Origin: Wolbachia endosymbiont of Cimex lectularius
GTDB lineage: Bacteria; Pseudomonadota; Alphaproteobacteria; Rickettsiales; Anaplasmataceae
Assembly: GCF_000829315.1 (NCBI RefSeq)
Contig: NZ_AP013028.1
Span: 570,001 to 602,000, forward strand
Direction of reading: 5' to 3'
DNA length: 32,000 nt
Below, piece after piece: positions 27,000-32,000 of the stretch (positions are counted from its first letter, which is position 1; the number at the start of each line of letters is the position of its first letter). Position numbers and translations under genes: made by a program. The notes under the pieces were generated by a model. The model was given only the letters and a program-made list of their open reading frames with translations, had not been told where the DNA came from and did no database searches.

Positions 27000-27351
27000 T
27001 TAAGTTATCGAGCATAAAAAAAAAGAGTTTTCATTTGCTTTTAAAAATAAGCTAGCACCTGGTAGTCTTTTTTATCGTGGGCTCTACGTATCGTTATATG
27101 CCATAAAAGAGAAAGAGCCCGAAAAGTATATTTACACTATTAAAATAGGTCTAGTTATCAGTAAAAAAGCTGGAAAAGCAGCAAAAAGAAACAAAATCAA
27201 AAGACGATTACGGGCACTTGCCAGATTCATCATTCTAAATATAAATAACACAGGATACTATTACATAATATTGACTTATAGAAATATAATGCAAGCAAGT
27301 TATAAAAACTTACAGAAAGATCTAACTATTTGCCTAAAAAAAATAAAATAA
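26990..27351 (+). CDS. rnpA: RNase P protein component, readable only with a -1 shift in the A9 run at 27016-27024
   Basis: The downstream frame (from 27025) gives EFSFAFKNK...[26 protein letters not shown]...LKKIK*, the RnpA signature region. That frame has no start codon after the stop at 27001-27003. The ATG at 26990 gives [12 protein letters not shown] in the frame one position off. Confidence 0.6.
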
Positions 27352-27437
27352 AAAAAAATCTCAATTAAGGTATTTACAACTATATTATTTATGATAACAT
27401 AGGTAAAATTTTTAAAAATAGTTAATGGGTGTGGTGA

Positions 27438-27704
27438 ATGATAGAGCACATAAATGAGGTAAATAATATAAGCTTTGGTGAGATGTATGAGCATTTATTT
27501 CCCTCTAGAGAAAAAGGAACACGGATAGATTGGAAATCAGCATTTCTTCAACAAGAAGTATTATTAAAGAGTATGAAGAATAATGTAATATTACCAGAGA
27601 TCAGTCATTCCCCTTCAAAAGGAAATCAACTAGGAGAAGTAGGAACAATGTTAAATGATATAAAAGACCATGGAAATATAAGAAAAAAAAGGCAACGTGG
27701 TTAA
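27438..27704 (+). CDS. hypothetical protein, 88 aa
   Basis: ORF only. No motif and no clear Shine-Dalgarno sequence. It lies between rnpA and the 5S rRNA. Confidence 0.25.
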   Translation: MIEHINEVNNISFGEMYEHLFPSREKGTRIDWKSAFLQQEVLLKSMKNNVILPEISHSPSKGNQLGEVGTMLNDIKDHGNIRKKRQRG

Positions 27705-27784
27705 AGTAAAGATTTAAAAAACAATAGCAAAATAAGGGAATTAAAATAAAAGCACACTCACCACTTAAAAGAAATTCTTATAAA

Positions 27785-27890
27785 CTTGGCAGCGACCTAC
27801 TCTCCCTTTTCAAGTACCATCAGCGCTAAAAAGTTTCACTTCCGAGTTCGAGATGGGATCGGGTGTTTCATTCTTGCTATAGCCACCAAG
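27785..27890 (-). rRNA. rrf: 5S ribosomal RNA
   Basis: The reverse complement reads CTTGGTGGCTATAGC...CCCGATCCCATCTCGAACTCGGAAGTGAAAC...GGGAGAGTAGGTCGCTGCCAAG. Ends are +/- 5 nt. Confidence 0.9.
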
Positions 27891-27964
27891 TTAATAAAAA
27901 TCTCTAATTCAATAAATTCAATTTAATATTTAACACTGCATATGCACACATAGAAAGCAAATAA

Positions 27965-30745
<2,781 letters not shown>

Positions 30746-30803
30746 TTACTCGACTATATGCAGAATATGCAGAGTTAAATATTATTGGAATTGAATTGAG
30801 ATT

Positions 30804-30832
30804 AAATTAATCTCTACCATAAAACTTGTCAA
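30804..30832 (-). promoter_or_regulatory. candidate proximal rRNA promoter TTGACA-N17-TAATTT
   Basis: The minus strand reads TTGACAAGTTTTATGGTAGAGATTAATTT, about 60 nt upstream of the 23S 5' end. The -10 element is weaker. Confidence 0.3.
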
Positions 30833-30860
30833 ACATCTAAAAATCAAATTAACTTCTTAC

Positions 30861-30889
30861 ATGTTAGAAACTAATAAGCAATATGTCAA
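30861..30889 (-). promoter_or_regulatory. candidate distal rRNA promoter TTGACA-N17-TAACAT
   Basis: The minus strand reads AAAAAAGCATTGACATATTGCTTATTAGTTTCTAACAT, about 115 nt upstream of the mature 23S 5' end. Confidence 0.4.
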
Positions 30890-31093
30890 TGCTTTTTTAC
30901 ACAAAATATTTACTTACATTAGCAACAATAATAATATACTTGTAATCCTGAGTAGGTAAAATTTATAATTTAAGTGAGTGTTAAAGCAGAATTATATACA
31001 ATTAAAGATCAATAAAAAATATTCCATAATATAAAATGCTTTAAAAATCAGGTCTACTCAAAAATGATAGTAAGCACCAAGGGTATCTAAAAT

Positions 31094-32000
31094 ATGAAAG
31101 GCAATTTATCCTTTATAAGTGTTATTTTAAGTTTTATTCGCAAGTTAATCGGTATGTTTAATATTAAGAAGACCAAACAATTCGCTGTAAATCAATACAA
31201 TAATCTCTATAGAGAAGCAACAGCACTTTTCGAAAAGTCCAAAAACCTGTTAAACACCAACATTGAAATCGGTTTATATCACTTCTATAAGGGTCACATA
31301 CCAGATGCAAAACTAAGATTTTGGTTGATCAGCATATTCTACTCCAATTTACCCGTAATTTGGTACAACATTGGAAGGTGTCATTTTGCAATGGGAAATA
31401 TTAACAAAGCTCATACCTATTTAACAAAGACACTAAAACTAGACAGTAACTATGAAGAAGCTTCTTATTACATAAACAAAATGATAAATCCAGCATCGAT
31501 CACAAAATTGCCAAAAAATCTCATAAAACAGTATTTTGATTACACTGGCGAGTATTTTGTTGAGCATTGGTTAATCGCTAAACAATACAGAGGACATGAA
31601 CTTGCGCATATGGTAATTACAGAAATCTTTAATAACTCCACTTCTGCACTCAACATACTTGATCTTGGTTGTGGAACTGGAATATGTGGTCATTTCTTAA
31701 AAATACACAATACTGGAAATTGCATAATAGGAGTTGATATTTCAAACAGAATGCTAAACATTGCCAGAGGATGCTTTATAAAGGGTAAACCTGTTTATAA
31801 TGAATTAATACACATGGAAATGACAGATTTCCTTAAACAAGAAAGAAACTACTCGTATGATGTCATTATTTTTGCCGAAGTGTTACATTATCTACATGAC
31901 TTCCGAGCAGAATTGGAACTAGCAAAAAGATCTATGAGCAAAAAAGGAGCAATCATATGCTTAATAAGAAGAAAGGAAGGTGAAGGTATTGACTTTGTAA
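31094..32000 (+). CDS. TPR-like + class I SAM-dependent methyltransferase domain protein (3' end outside window)
   Basis: Hand translation is open from the ATG at 31094 to the window end. It has the SAM motif ILDLGCGTGICG and an upstream TPR-like helix pair (WYNIGRCHFAMGNINKAHTYLTKTLKLDSNYEEA). It is missing from the ORF track because no stop lies in the window. Confidence 0.7.
   Translation, partial: MKGNLSFISVILSFIRKLIGMFNIKKTKQFAVNQYNNLYREATALFEKSKNLLNTNIEIGLYHFYKGHIPDAKLRFWLISIFYSNLPVIWYNIGRCHFAMGNINKAHTYLTKTLKLDSNYEEASYYINKMINPASITKLPKNLIKQYFDYTGEYFVEHWLIAKQYRGHELAHMVITEIFNNSTSALNILDLGCGTGICGHFLKIHNTGNCIIGVDISNRMLNIARGCFIKGKPVYNELIHMEMTDFLKQERNYSYDVIIFAEVLHYLHDFRAELELAKRSMSKKGAIICLIRRKEGEGIDFV

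Overview
The window looks like an AT-rich, reduced alphaproteobacterial chromosome of the Rickettsiales/Anaplasmataceae type, most likely Wolbachia. This rests on recalled gene content only; no database search was possible. Supporting features are split ATP synthase clusters (atpE-atpB at 16-1028, atpD-atpC at 23762-25554), a 23S-5S rRNA unit with no 16S, an ankyrin-repeat gene, phage terminase and DNA methyltransferase remnants, palindromic repeat elements, and several copies of one IS5-family element.

Housekeeping genes recognised:
- atpE, atpB, rsmA, tRNA-Thr(UGU), tpiA, ccmH, a 2Fe-2S ferredoxin, murD
- a COQ9-like protein, rsmD, recJ, a membrane cytochrome c, an alpha/beta hydrolase
- fumC, tal, atpC, atpD, pstC, rpmH, rnpA, 5S and 23S rRNA
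- a TPR/SAM-methyltransferase gene that runs off the 3' end of the window

Two accessory islands (about 3340-6080 and 12100-16260) hold three full copies and one truncated copy of an 860-bp IS, plus eroded prophage-like genes.

Main observations:
1. A four-copy homologous promoter module (A-tract + TTGACA-N17-TAnnAT, one copy perfect consensus). Every copy points at the next gene. Three copies are followed by a conserved 300-450 nt non-coding leader with about 139-bp tandem subunits.
2. A palindromic repeat element inserted in frame inside murD.
3. rnpA is readable only with a -1 shift on an A9 run.
4. The IS transposase needs a +1 shift on an A8 run, and a second A-tract is polymorphic between copies.
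5. IS nesting and a composite-like IS architecture that has broken prophage genes.

No CRISPR array, cas genes or intact defence or toxin system could be supported. RNA ends and repeat boundaries are approximate (+/- 5-15 nt).
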